64,000 nt of DNA from IMG/VR virus record IMGVR_UViG_3300047272_000350, positions 58,876 to 122,875 of that record. One strand, 5' to 3'. The notes beneath the pieces were generated by a model. The model was not told the DNA's origin. It made no database searches and was given only the letters and a program-made list of their open reading frames with translations. Source of the stretch: a virus. Taxonomy: Duplodnaviria; Heunggongvirae; Uroviricota; Caudoviricetes. A program made the position numbers and the translations under genes. Shown here piece by piece: positions 9,378 through 20,100 of the stretch (position 1 is the stretch's first letter; the number at the start of each line of letters is the position of its first letter).

Positions 9378-12284
9378 ATGAGAAAATACAAAAAAACATC
9401 TAAGCTTATAAACAATACAGGGTATACTCCTGGATATGCTTCTGAAAGTAATCCAATAAACTATATACCTAGTGAAGATATAACAATGAGAAATACACCA
9501 TACCCTGTAGATGCAATGCCTTTAGATGAGTATGGCCAACCTATTGGAGATACCGTTACAATGTATCCAGGTGAAGAGTATAAATTTGGTGGAGCTAGCT
9601 ATGTAGCAGAAACTCCTTCATATAAAGATGGGGGTAAATCTGATTGGATTAGTGAAAAAATAGGAATTTTGATGAAAGAAGGCCGTCCACAAAAGCAAGC
9701 AATAGCTATTGCTTATTCTATGTGGAACCAAAAACACGAGATGGGTGGCACGCAATTACCTAAGTACCAATTTGCAGGAACTGCAGAGTTAGATGAGTAT
9801 GGTCAACCATTACCTAAACCATCACCAGCACCAACTTTTGATTACACCTCGTCAAAAACTGCTCTTGGAGTACCGCCACAAATTCCAAATATATTAAAGC
9901 CAGTAGACCTTAATGCCCCAACGGCAGCTAGCAATAAAGCTTACGCAGATCAACAAGCAAAAGCTCCACAAACAATATCTATTTCTGATAGTGAGTTAGC
10001 AAATCCAACAATGAATGGTAATATACCAAGCAAAGAGCAAAAGGATAGAATGGCTTTCAATAAGCAGGTAAATACAGCAGCAAATAACTATGATGACAAC
10101 GGAAATGCTATAGACACAAGTCTAGCAGCAGAGGCTAGAAAAAAAGCAGAAGCATCAGGTATGGGAATAACTCAATTTATAAATCCTTATGGAGATGTAG
10201 GTTTAGATGATGCACTTGCATTCACTGGAAAGAGTGCAGCCAATGGGAATGTAGGAGCAACTGTTGGAGGTGCAGCACTTTCTTTATTAAAAGGTACAAA
10301 ATCATTCTTGCAAGGAATGGGTGCTCAAAAAAGACAAAATCAAGTTATGAAGGACTATGCTGAAGAGCAAAGAAAAAACATGACAGGTGAAGATAGACCA
10401 ACTTCTATGGCATTTGGGGGCTATTATCAAGACGGAGGTGAAGAAGATATGGGCTATGAGAACGAATTAATTAATAAGTACCCAAATTCAGCTAGAGTAG
10501 AAGCAGAAATAGCAGCTAGAAATCCAGTATTTGGTCCAAAGGAAGATTCAAAAGTTGCCACAGATTGGTATGAAGAAGGTATGGACAAAGATACATACTA
10601 CGGATTTAAAGATCAACTTGAAGCTGAAGGATACAAATCTGTACCAAAAACTGAAAGTGCAGCTAAGCCATCGTATGATGAAGGTTCAGCAAGAGATACT
10701 TGGGTAGCTAAAACAGGATTACCTTGGTCAGAAGCTAAGAGATTAGGTTATACAGATGGATCAGCAAAAGATAACACAAAACTTTTATCAGAATTAAAGA
10801 ATGAGAAGTTTAAAAAAGAGAATTTAAGAAAAACACCAGTTGCTACAACACCTAAGCCGGTACAGCGTAAAGCTACACCTAAAGCAAAAGCAAAAGTAGC
10901 ACCTGCTGAAAAAACAATGACACTTGAAGATTTTTGGAAATCTAAAGGGTATGATATGTCTAAAAGACCTAAAGGTCCAGAGTTTAAACAAGACACAAGA
11001 GGTAGCTACCAAAGAGAGTTAGATGCTAAAAGATCTCAAGCAGAATATGATGATCAATTAGGTCTTGAGTTACCTTTATATTATCTAGCTAATCCTAGTA
11101 AAGCTTTCGGAGATTTTAAAGCATGGCTTAATCCAAATACTCCAGAAAGTGAAACATCTGAAGGGTATAGAAAACAAGTAATGGCTAATAGATACAATCC
11201 TACATTATCTGCATCTGAAAAATTAAAAAATAAAACTAAGATGGGGTTAAAGTTAGTACCTAAAGCTGCACTAAATACTGCAGCAGTATTATCTGCATCT
11301 CCTTACACAACATTTGAAGCAATGCCTATAGGTATTGGAGAAGCTGCCGCACCTAGAGCTGCAGGTTTTATCACTCAAGGAACACAAAGACTAGGACAAG
11401 CTGCTCCTAAAATGTTAGGTTACCAAGACGGAGGTATGCAACCAGAAATGGGACAAGAGCAAATGATGATGGGTAATCCACAAGAGGAGCAAGCAGGAGG
11501 AGACCAAATGCAAGCTATAGTACAACAAGTTGCAGGTATGTTACAACAAGGGGCAGACCCACAAGAAATACTTCAACAGTTAGTACAAGCAGGTCTTCCA
11601 GAAGAGCAAGCTATGCAAGTAATCCAAATGGTTATGGAGCAAATGCAAGGAGGTCAACCACAAGCAACTCCACAATTAGGTAGAGGTGGGCAAATGATGA
11701 AAAGAGCTGATGGAAGCTACTCTAAAAGAGGTCTTTGGGACAACATTAGAGATAATGCAGGTTCTGGGAAAGCCCCAACTAAAGAGATGTTAGCTCAAGA
11801 AGCTAAGATAAAAGCTAATAAAAAAGAAATGGGAGGGTTTATGTATGCCGATGGTGGTATAAACAACCCAGGATTTAAGTCTTTACCTAAGTATGTACAA
11901 GATAAAATTATGTCTAGTATGTACCAAGAAGGTGGAGAAGCAATGGATGAACAAATGGAAGGTGAAAATGAAGGGGCAGAAGGAGAAACTCCAAACATGG
12001 AACAAATTGAATCACAAGTTGAACAAGCTTTAAAACAAGGTGCAGACCCTCAACAAATCTTAGAGCAGTTAGTACAAATGGGTATGCCAGAACAACAAGC
12101 AATACAAATGATACAAGAATTGTTACAAGAAATACAAGGAGGAGAAACAGAAATGGAAGGCCCGGAACAAGGCCAACCAATGATGAGAAATGGTGGAGAC
12201 TACTTATCTATGATGAAAGGTAAGACAATAAAAAACTATACATACAACAAAAAAACAGGAAACTATGATGTCGAGTTCGAATAA
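9378..12284 (+). CDS. Q-rich internal virion / ejection protein with internal duplications (968 aa).
   Basis: Long ORF with a duplicated ~35-aa block: DPQEILQQLVQAGLPEEQAMQVIQMVMEQMQGG and DPQQILEQLVQMGMPEQQAIQMIQELLQEIQGG. It shares the ARDxWVAKTG..WSEAK.LGYTDGS module with ORF 7043. Confidence 0.6.
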   Translation: MRKYKKTSKLINNTGYTPGYASESNPINYIPSEDITMRNTPYPVDAMPLDEYGQPIGDTVTMYPGEEYKFGGASYVAETPSYKDGGKSDWISEKIGILMKEGRPQKQAIAIAYSMWNQKHEMGGTQLPKYQFAGTAELDEYGQPLPKPSPAPTFDYTSSKTALGVPPQIPNILKPVDLNAPTAASNKAYADQQAKAPQTISISDSELANPTMNGNIPSKEQKDRMAFNKQVNTAANNYDDNGNAIDTSLAAEARKKAEASGMGITQFINPYGDVGLDDALAFTGKSAANGNVGATVGGAALSLLKGTKSFLQGMGAQKRQNQVMKDYAEEQRKNMTGEDRPTSMAFGGYYQDGGEEDMGYENELINKYPNSARVEAEIAARNPVFGPKEDSKVATDWYEEGMDKDTYYGFKDQLEAEGYKSVPKTESAAKPSYDEGSARDTWVAKTGLPWSEAKRLGYTDGSAKDNTKLLSELKNEKFKKENLRKTPVATTPKPVQRKATPKAKAKVAPAEKTMTLEDFWKSKGYDMSKRPKGPEFKQDTRGSYQRELDAKRSQAEYDDQLGLELPLYYLANPSKAFGDFKAWLNPNTPESETSEGYRKQVMANRYNPTLSASEKLKNKTKMGLKLVPKAALNTAAVLSASPYTTFEAMPIGIGEAAAPRAAGFITQGTQRLGQAAPKMLGYQDGGMQPEMGQEQMMMGNPQEEQAGGDQMQAIVQQVAGMLQQGADPQEILQQLVQAGLPEEQAMQVIQMVMEQMQGGQPQATPQLGRGGQMMKRADGSYSKRGLWDNIRDNAGSGKAPTKEMLAQEAKIKANKKEMGGFMYADGGINNPGFKSLPKYVQDKIMSSMYQEGGEAMDEQMEGENEGAEGETPNMEQIESQVEQALKQGADPQQILEQLVQMGMPEQQAIQMIQELLQEIQGGETEMEGPEQGQPMMRNGGDYLSMMKGKTIKNYTYNKKTGNYDVEFE

Positions 12285-14241
12285 AATATCAATACCAAAA
12301 GAAGTTTTTGAAAATCTTTTCTTTGCAGAAGGTGGACAAAAGAAAGATTTATTTAAGGCACTTACTGGGGAATACCAGTTTGCCTTAGATAGTAAGAAAC
12401 CTATGGTAGAACCAAATGCTGAAATCGAAGGTGGAGAATACATATTTGATTCACAAGGCATAAGAAAAGCCCAAGGGAAAACTCACGAAAAAGGTGGTAT
12501 GCCAGTAGCATTAGAAGACGGTACTAGAATATTGAGCGACCATCTTAAAATTGGTGTAGATATTGCTAAAAAAATAAATAAAGAATTAGCATTACCTGCA
12601 AAAGCCACTGACACTTACGCTAGAGTTTTAGACAGATTTAATACAAAAACTGGACTTGATCAAATAAATACAAAGTTAGAAAAACTAATGGGTATGATGA
12701 AAGATCAAAAAATGAAGGTTAAAGATAAGAATACTTCTGATCTTAACTCAGACTATTTGTCAAAACAACTGTATAAAGAAACACAAAATAAGAAGCCTAT
12801 TGAAAAAGATAGAGAAAAACTATTTGATATAATGTTTCAGATACAAGAGGAAAGCAAAAGAAAAGCATCTATGCCAGAGTATAAAATGCAAATGGGTGGT
12901 GTTGTTGAATTAGCAAATAAGTATGGTATAAGTGAAGAAAAAGCATCTCAATTATTGAGAGATTTACCAAGATACCAAGATGCAGGAGAGTACATACAAG
13001 GAGATGCAAATCTTGATGGTATAGTTAATGAAAAAGATGATTTTAATTCATATGATAATTTGTATGATAAAAATAGAGAACTTCTTGTAAGATCTACAGA
13101 AAGAGGGGACTTTTCAAGAAATCCTAGAACTATAAACACTTTACCTTATACACCTAGAGAGACAAGTACTAATCCAATTTGGCAAGGGGAAACCTATAAC
13201 CAGGCTTGGATACCATTGGTTAAAGCAAGTATGTCAGAAAAAGACAAAGCTAAAAAAATTGATGAATGGTTAACTAACAATAAAGGTAAATTCTCACCAA
13301 ATATACAAAAGCAATTAGAAGGACTTTCTGGAGAGGAGAGATATGCAGAGATAATGAAATTAGCTACTGACTATAAGCCAGGGCCATTTCACAATGCATT
13401 ATTACAAGCGATGGTAGAGACTAAAAAAATACCACCACCAGTGGAAACACCTCCAGAAGAGGTTCCAGTAGAGACTCCAGAAGAAATAGATTTAAGCAAA
13501 AAGGTAAATTATAGCATACTTGGTTTACCACAAAGAATCTACCAAACACCTTCATTACAGCCAGCTTTAAAAGTTGCCACAAGATTAAATAGGATTGAAC
13601 CTAACTATATATCTCCAACACAAAAAATAATGGAGACAGATAGAGCTGTAGTAGCAGCACAACAGAACTTATCTGGAATGTCTGACGCACAAAGAGCAGC
13701 AGCAAACATAGGCCTAACAGCAAATCAAGGTACAGCTGCAGGAAGTGCAATAACAGAAGCAAACAGATTTAATAATCAAGCACAAAATACAGCTGATATT
13801 TATAATGCACAAGTAGGAGATAGAGAGCAAATGGCCGAAAATCAAAATGCTTTGAGTTATGAAGGTAGAACACTAAGAGGTATATCTAATTATGAAAATG
13901 ATATGCAAGCTCTAAGAAATCTGAGATTTAGTGACCAAGTTAATAATTATAAAACTGTAGAAATGTATAATGCACAAAATGCATCAAATCCGCAAATACA
14001 GTACAGAGGAACAGGATTAGGTTATGAGACAAACTACACACCAGATTTTGCAAAAGTACATAAGGCAGAAACAGATAACTTAACAAATCCTTATAATTTA
14101 GATAAGGTAAGCACTAAGGAACTTTCTCAAGCATACATAAATAGAGTAGCTAAAGAAGAGGCAGACAAAGAAGCAGCCAAAAAAGCCAAAGGAAATAAAC
14201 CTACAGGTAAGTTCGGTGGTAGATTTAAGAAGAAAAAATAA
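12265..14241 (+). CDS. Hypothetical virion protein (658 aa) with a lysine-rich C-terminal tail.
   Basis: ORF overlaps the stop of the upstream gene by 20 nt, suggesting translational coupling. Low complexity and an N/Q-rich middle section. No catalytic motif recognised. Confidence 0.55.
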   Translation: MMSSSNKISIPKEVFENLFFAEGGQKKDLFKALTGEYQFALDSKKPMVEPNAEIEGGEYIFDSQGIRKAQGKTHEKGGMPVALEDGTRILSDHLKIGVDIAKKINKELALPAKATDTYARVLDRFNTKTGLDQINTKLEKLMGMMKDQKMKVKDKNTSDLNSDYLSKQLYKETQNKKPIEKDREKLFDIMFQIQEESKRKASMPEYKMQMGGVVELANKYGISEEKASQLLRDLPRYQDAGEYIQGDANLDGIVNEKDDFNSYDNLYDKNRELLVRSTERGDFSRNPRTINTLPYTPRETSTNPIWQGETYNQAWIPLVKASMSEKDKAKKIDEWLTNNKGKFSPNIQKQLEGLSGEERYAEIMKLATDYKPGPFHNALLQAMVETKKIPPPVETPPEEVPVETPEEIDLSKKVNYSILGLPQRIYQTPSLQPALKVATRLNRIEPNYISPTQKIMETDRAVVAAQQNLSGMSDAQRAAANIGLTANQGTAAGSAITEANRFNNQAQNTADIYNAQVGDREQMAENQNALSYEGRTLRGISNYENDMQALRNLRFSDQVNNYKTVEMYNAQNASNPQIQYRGTGLGYETNYTPDFAKVHKAETDNLTNPYNLDKVSTKELSQAYINRVAKEEADKEAAKKAKGNKPTGKFGGRFKKKK

Positions 14242-14274
14242 TTTAATTAATTTGCAGAATACAAATAAAATTTG

Positions 14275-14282
14275 TAATTTTG
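14275..14282 (+). promoter_or_regulatory. -7 promoter box TAATTTTGCATAAA upstream of the 14303 operon.
   Basis: TAnnTTTG, with a TTTG-containing region ~20 nt upstream (TTAATTTGCAG). Confidence 0.45.
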
Positions 14283-14302
14283 CATAAATTATAAAGATAA
14301 AG

Positions 14303-17137
14303 ATGGCAAACGCATATTCAACACCTATCAATTACGGACAAACTATACCTACTACAGACTTAGCTCAGTATGTAGGAGCCATACAAAAAGGTATGCAACA
14401 AAAGTTTGATATAAACCTAGCCAAGATAGATGACCTTATTTCAAAAGTAGCTACTGTACCTTTAGCAAGAGACAAAGATAAAAAATACCTTGGAGAAAAA
14501 CTCCAGGGTTTACTTTCTATGGTTGATGCTAATGCAAAGGTAGACTTATCAGATAATGTAGTAGCTAGACAAATATCTTCCTACGTAACAAGTGCTATTG
14601 ACAGCAATGTAAGAGAGCAGTTGGCAAATTCACAAAAGATAGCCAGTTATCAACAAACAGCGGCCCAAAGAAAAAAAGACAAGCCAGAGTTATATAGCGA
14701 TGCAAACTATGCATATGGCTTAGACAAGTCAGGGTACGCAGACTACATGAGTGAAAAGAAAGATAGTCTTGGTAGTATGGAGTATATTGATTACTATGAC
14801 GTAGATAAAAACTTAAATAAAGAACTAGAAGCTTTTGCAAAAGAGAGAGGATTTGAAAAAGTCTTAGACTCTAGTGTGGAGGGCGGTTATATATTTAAAA
14901 CAGTAAAAGGAAAAGAAATTACTAAAGAAGAAATAAGCAACTTTTACGACAACAAACTAGCATCAGATCCAAAACTAAAACAACAGTTTATGATCAATGC
15001 ACATTATAATTACAGAGGAGTTTCTGATACAGATTTAATAAAAGCTTACAAAGAGCAAGCAGACCCAATACTTAAAGATTTTGATAATCAAATTGGTGAA
15101 ATAGATAATAAATTGAAGAATGTAAACCCAGATGATAAAGCTACTGCAGATTATTTGCATAGACAAAAATCTGAAATGCAGGCACAAAAAACTAATTTCA
15201 ATAACCAGCTAGATCCTAAAAACTTTAATAGAGATTCTTTCTTACTTGATAACTATTCAAGAAACATGAAGAAATCTTATATTAATACCTATGCATACTC
15301 AGCAGTTACAGATATAAAATTTGATGATTTCTTACTAGACATAGCAAAGGCTAAAGGTGAGATAACAGCAGATGGTACAACTACGGCAACAGGAACAACT
15401 GGCTTACCAGGTGGTCAACTATTTCAAAAAGAAGAGAACCCAGCTGATCAAAACACTCAGCCAAACTATATGGATGATTTTGAGAATCAGAGAAAAGGTT
15501 CTTGGGAAGGTTTGCTACAAGTTATAAAAAAACAACTAGTAGCAGATGGTAAAGAGCCTACAAATCAGAATGTGACAAACTATTATTTAGGCCTAAAGAA
15601 AGCATCAAAAGATGGGATTGATCTTAATGCACAAGGTTACAGTGGAGAAGTTTTAGATTCTTATGGAAAAGTAACTAACTTAAATAAAACAGCATATCAA
15701 TTAACAAAATTAGCTAAAGAGCATTATGGTGATGCTGTAAATAAAACACTAACAGGATTGTTTGGAGGTAAGACAAAAGGACTTTCTGTAGAAGGTTTAG
15801 CAAACACTGCACCAGTTACAGCAGGACTTCTTAAAAAATACAAGAGTGCATCACAAATACCGCAAAAGGAAAAGGCACAAGCTTTATACGAATTAGCTAA
15901 TAATTTAAAAGAGTATGGTGTCCTTGACAGTGATGGTAAAAAAAATATTGAATTTTATATACAAGCATTAAAAAAAGAAAATAATATTTCAGATAAAGTT
16001 ATACAAAAAAACAAACCAAAAGAAGAAAGTTTCTTGGAAGGAGCATGGGATGTTTTGGTAGGAGGCCTTCAATCAACATGGAATGAAAAGGTAGCACCTT
16101 CAATATCTTTCCTTACTCAATGGGGTAATGAGGGAGAAAACTTTGAAAAAGCCCAAAAAGATAATTTTATGGCAAGGTTAGAAGGTATGAGAAGAGCAAA
16201 TAAAGGAGCCGAGAAATTTGGTAATGCATGGAATAAAGCTTTTTCACAAGACTCTGACTTATCAGAAATACAGTCTGGAGATATAAAGTTAGATAATTAT
16301 CAAGGAGTAAGTGACTTAATGAAAGATGCTAGTAAGAACGTTAAGGATAGTTTTGATTTAGTATTGTCTAAAGGTAAAGCAAACTTACAAAAGAACTATT
16401 CTCTTGTACTTAACCCTGCTATCAAAAAAGATAAACCTTATTTAGAAGCAATAAGTTCAGCGATAGTAGCTCAAGGAGGGGTCCCAGCAAAAGACACCTT
16501 TATAAATATAAAGGAAATAAAAGATGGAGTTGCAACAGTAACTTATACCGCAGAAACAATGGTTGAAACTAAATCAGGGGGCACTAAATCACAATCTGTT
16601 CCAGGAGTAGATGTAAGAATACCTGTAAGCAGTCTTCCTCAAGGTTTAGTAGGAAATATGCAGACATCTCTATCAAACTGGTCTTATTCTGTAAACAATC
16701 CTACTAAGATGGAGGTAGCAATGGCATACTCTCCACCTAATAACTTAGAGTCTAGGTACGAATTAGCCCAAAACTATGTAAAGAACTACGGTAATTATAT
16801 GACTGAAGAAGAGGTAAGAAATCTACAAATGACTGGGTTTTCTGCTTTAAAAACAAAAGAGGATTACCAAAAACAAGTAAATAAGATATTGCCACCAGAG
16901 TATTCAGCAGACTTCAACAATAAATACTTAAACAGTAAGTATTCAGTTAAGTGGGAAAGACCTGATGGAGGTGGAGCTTTTGTTGGTTATTTGATAAAAG
17001 ATGGGGCTAAAGTAGAACAGATACCCGGAGTAAAAGAAGATTATAACCCACACACATATGGATTACTTACTATGAGAGAAGTAAGTAGGTATTTAGAAGA
17101 TCAAATTTTAGAATATAGAAGAAAAACTCTGTATTAA
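14303..17137 (+). CDS. Hypothetical large virion protein (944 aa).
   Basis: Long ORF preceded by TAATTTTGCATAAA -7 promoter box at 14275-14282. No recognisable motif. Confidence 0.55.
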   Translation: MANAYSTPINYGQTIPTTDLAQYVGAIQKGMQQKFDINLAKIDDLISKVATVPLARDKDKKYLGEKLQGLLSMVDANAKVDLSDNVVARQISSYVTSAIDSNVREQLANSQKIASYQQTAAQRKKDKPELYSDANYAYGLDKSGYADYMSEKKDSLGSMEYIDYYDVDKNLNKELEAFAKERGFEKVLDSSVEGGYIFKTVKGKEITKEEISNFYDNKLASDPKLKQQFMINAHYNYRGVSDTDLIKAYKEQADPILKDFDNQIGEIDNKLKNVNPDDKATADYLHRQKSEMQAQKTNFNNQLDPKNFNRDSFLLDNYSRNMKKSYINTYAYSAVTDIKFDDFLLDIAKAKGEITADGTTTATGTTGLPGGQLFQKEENPADQNTQPNYMDDFENQRKGSWEGLLQVIKKQLVADGKEPTNQNVTNYYLGLKKASKDGIDLNAQGYSGEVLDSYGKVTNLNKTAYQLTKLAKEHYGDAVNKTLTGLFGGKTKGLSVEGLANTAPVTAGLLKKYKSASQIPQKEKAQALYELANNLKEYGVLDSDGKKNIEFYIQALKKENNISDKVIQKNKPKEESFLEGAWDVLVGGLQSTWNEKVAPSISFLTQWGNEGENFEKAQKDNFMARLEGMRRANKGAEKFGNAWNKAFSQDSDLSEIQSGDIKLDNYQGVSDLMKDASKNVKDSFDLVLSKGKANLQKNYSLVLNPAIKKDKPYLEAISSAIVAQGGVPAKDTFINIKEIKDGVATVTYTAETMVETKSGGTKSQSVPGVDVRIPVSSLPQGLVGNMQTSLSNWSYSVNNPTKMEVAMAYSPPNNLESRYELAQNYVKNYGNYMTEEEVRNLQMTGFSALKTKEDYQKQVNKILPPEYSADFNNKYLNSKYSVKWERPDGGGAFVGYLIKDGAKVEQIPGVKEDYNPHTYGLLTMREVSRYLEDQILEYRRKTLY

Positions 17138-17156
17138 AAATAAGTAAAAAATTGCT

Positions 17157-20100
17157 ATGCAAGAAGATAAATTACTAGACTATAAAAACCAAGAAGTTAG
17201 TTTTTTAGTAAATGACATAAGAGATAAGAATAGAGAAAAAGCATTATCAGTAGTCGCACCTATTGATGATGCTTTGTCTAACTTAACAGCGTTAGGTAAA
17301 ATGCCTAAATCTGCACCAGGCACTAGCTTAGACTCTATGATAAAATCTGCTACGAATAAACCAAAAATGGTAGATTACTCAGATGTAAAATTTGAGGATG
17401 TTTATAAACCATATAGCGATGGTACATTTACTCCGAGATATGAGACATACTCTACTGTAAACCTTGATCAAGAAAGTTTTGCAGCAAGCAAGCAAACATC
17501 AGGGGATATATGGGGCTATGCGTTACCAAAATTTACAGGAAAAGTACTTACAAATACTATTGGCCAATTAGGAGGTATAGTCTATGGAATAGGTGCAGCT
17601 GTAAATACAGGTAGTATGCAATCTATATATGACAATTCATTTATGGATGTCATTAATGATGCAAACACTTATATGGATAATAAACTACCTACATATAAAT
17701 CAAAAGCAGATAGAGAAGCAACCGGATTAGATTATTTTACTAAACAAACTACTTGGGCAGACGACTTCTTGAATGGTTCAGCATTTCTTGGGGGAGCGAT
17801 CTTATCAGAAGTAGCAATAGAGTGGGCTACAGGTGGTGCAGCAGCAAGTACAGCTTTAGCAAGATGGGGTACAAAACTAGAACAAATTCCAGGATTTGCC
17901 AAAGCAATAAATACAGCTAGAAAAATGTCTAACCCTGCGGCTAAGGCTTTTGCCACAGGTAACTTAGAAACTAAATTAGCAACAAACCTAGGTAAGACAG
18001 GGGAACTACTACATACAATAAGATTTACAGCAACTAGTGCAGGATATGAGTCGGCCTTTGAGTCTAATGCTTATATGAAAGAATCTGAGTCAAACTACTA
18101 CAACTCTTTCCAAGAACTTAATGGGAGAATGCCAACAGTAGAGGAGCAGTTAGATTTTAGAAGAAATCTAAAAACTTCTGCAGATGCATTGTTTGGCTAT
18201 AACATGGCTATAGTAGGATCATCAAACTTAGCCGTTATGGGTAAGTGGTTCAATGTAAAAAGCCCACTAACAGCTCCTAATAAATGGGCAAACTCAAAAC
18301 TTTTTGGTATAGGTTACAAAAAAGTAGGAGAGGATATTGTAGAAACATCTGCAACTAAGTTTCAAAAAGCTTTAGGTAAAACTTACGGCTTTACTAAACC
18401 AATGTTTGTAGAAGGTATCTGGGAAGAAGGTATGCAGTCTGTTGGACAAAATACGGCTCAGAATTGGACACAAGCTAAATATGACCCAAAGTATACAAAA
18501 AATACCTATGACTTAGTAGATTCATTTTCAGATGGATTAGCCCAAACATATGGCACAGCTGAAGGATGGAAAGAGATACAGATGGGTATGCTTATTGGTT
18601 TAATAGGAGGAGCAGCTGGTAATAAGGTGTCTACCGGAAAATTTAATCCAGATTATGCACAAGCAGTAGCTAAAAATAAACTTACTGTAGACACAATGAA
18701 TACCTACTCTGGAAAAAGAGTAGCAGAGTCAATGGCATATGCTAATAGAATACAAAGTGCAAACGAAGCATCTGAGAAAGCAGAAGCAGCCGGAGATTTT
18801 ACCGGGGCAGAATTAGCAAGACAGTCTACGGCTTTAGCACAATTAAATTTTGCATACAACCTTGACTATATGGATGATGCAGTAGAAAATACTGTAACCT
18901 CTATTAGAAATATAGATAATCAAGCATTAATGACTGAGTATGGAGTAGATGAAAAATCTGCAGAAACTATGAAGTCTAAAATGATTGAAGAGTATAAAGA
19001 AACGGCTAACTCATATAAAAAATACAGAGATTTCTCTGAGTATTTTATAGGAAATAAACTTTCATCAGAAGAAAGAGCTTTATTAAAAAATCATGATGTA
19101 GTTGCTTTAAAAGAAGCATTAGCATACGAGCTTACATTAGGTGAAAAGGCAGACAAATTTTCTTCAGACATCTTACAAGCAATAAAAGAAAAAGTAGGTA
19201 CAACTGTAGCAGGGCAAGAAGTTTCTGATGCTATGACTATAGATGACATACTAACAAAAGCTGGGAAAGAGACAAAAAGAGAAGGAGAAAAGAAAGTTTC
19301 AGAAATAACAAAACTTAAAGGTAAACTTAATGCCTTAGAAGAAGAGTACAAAAAAGTACAAAACACTTTTTATAACTCTGTTTCAGAGGAAGAGAAAAAA
19401 ACATTACTAGGTAAACTAGATAGTATAACTTCACAAAAACAAGAAGTTGAAGCTAAAAGAGCAGAATTAGCACAAGAATATGAAGTGTTGTTTACTGCTG
19501 CAAAAATGAAAAACCCTTTTAGCAAAGATGGTTCTAGTATTGTTATAACAGCAGCAAAGCTTGACGTTTTAAGAGATCAAGCAGCTAGTGTTAAATCAAT
19601 AATCTCAGAATACAAAAAATCTAATCCACAAGAATCAGCACAACTAGAAAAATTAGTTGAAGAGTATGGTAAATCTTTGGATGCTTTCCAAAAATATGCC
19701 GACTTATCTAGACAAATAACTGATCCTACTTTAGGGCTTAGAGGTAAAAGAAATTTTATCTCAGAAATAAGAAGAGACAAGTCTCCAAATGAAGTAACAG
19801 TAGAAATGTTAGAATTATTATCTCCTAGAATGGCACAAGCCGTAGAGCAAGTTACACAAGCTACTTTAGAGGGTAACGAAAGAGTAAAAGAGGTAATAGA
19901 AGAAGGAGAAGAAAAGAAAAAAGGAGCCAAAATTGAGAAACCAAAAACTGAACAAAAAGAAGCTAAAAAGGAAGATTCTAAAAAATCAATAAAAGATACA
20001 GTAAAGGATATGATTAAAAACAGTCCGTATCTTTTAGAATATTATGGAGAAGAAGCTATACCACAAGTCCCTACATCTGAAGAGATAGAAGAATTTTATG

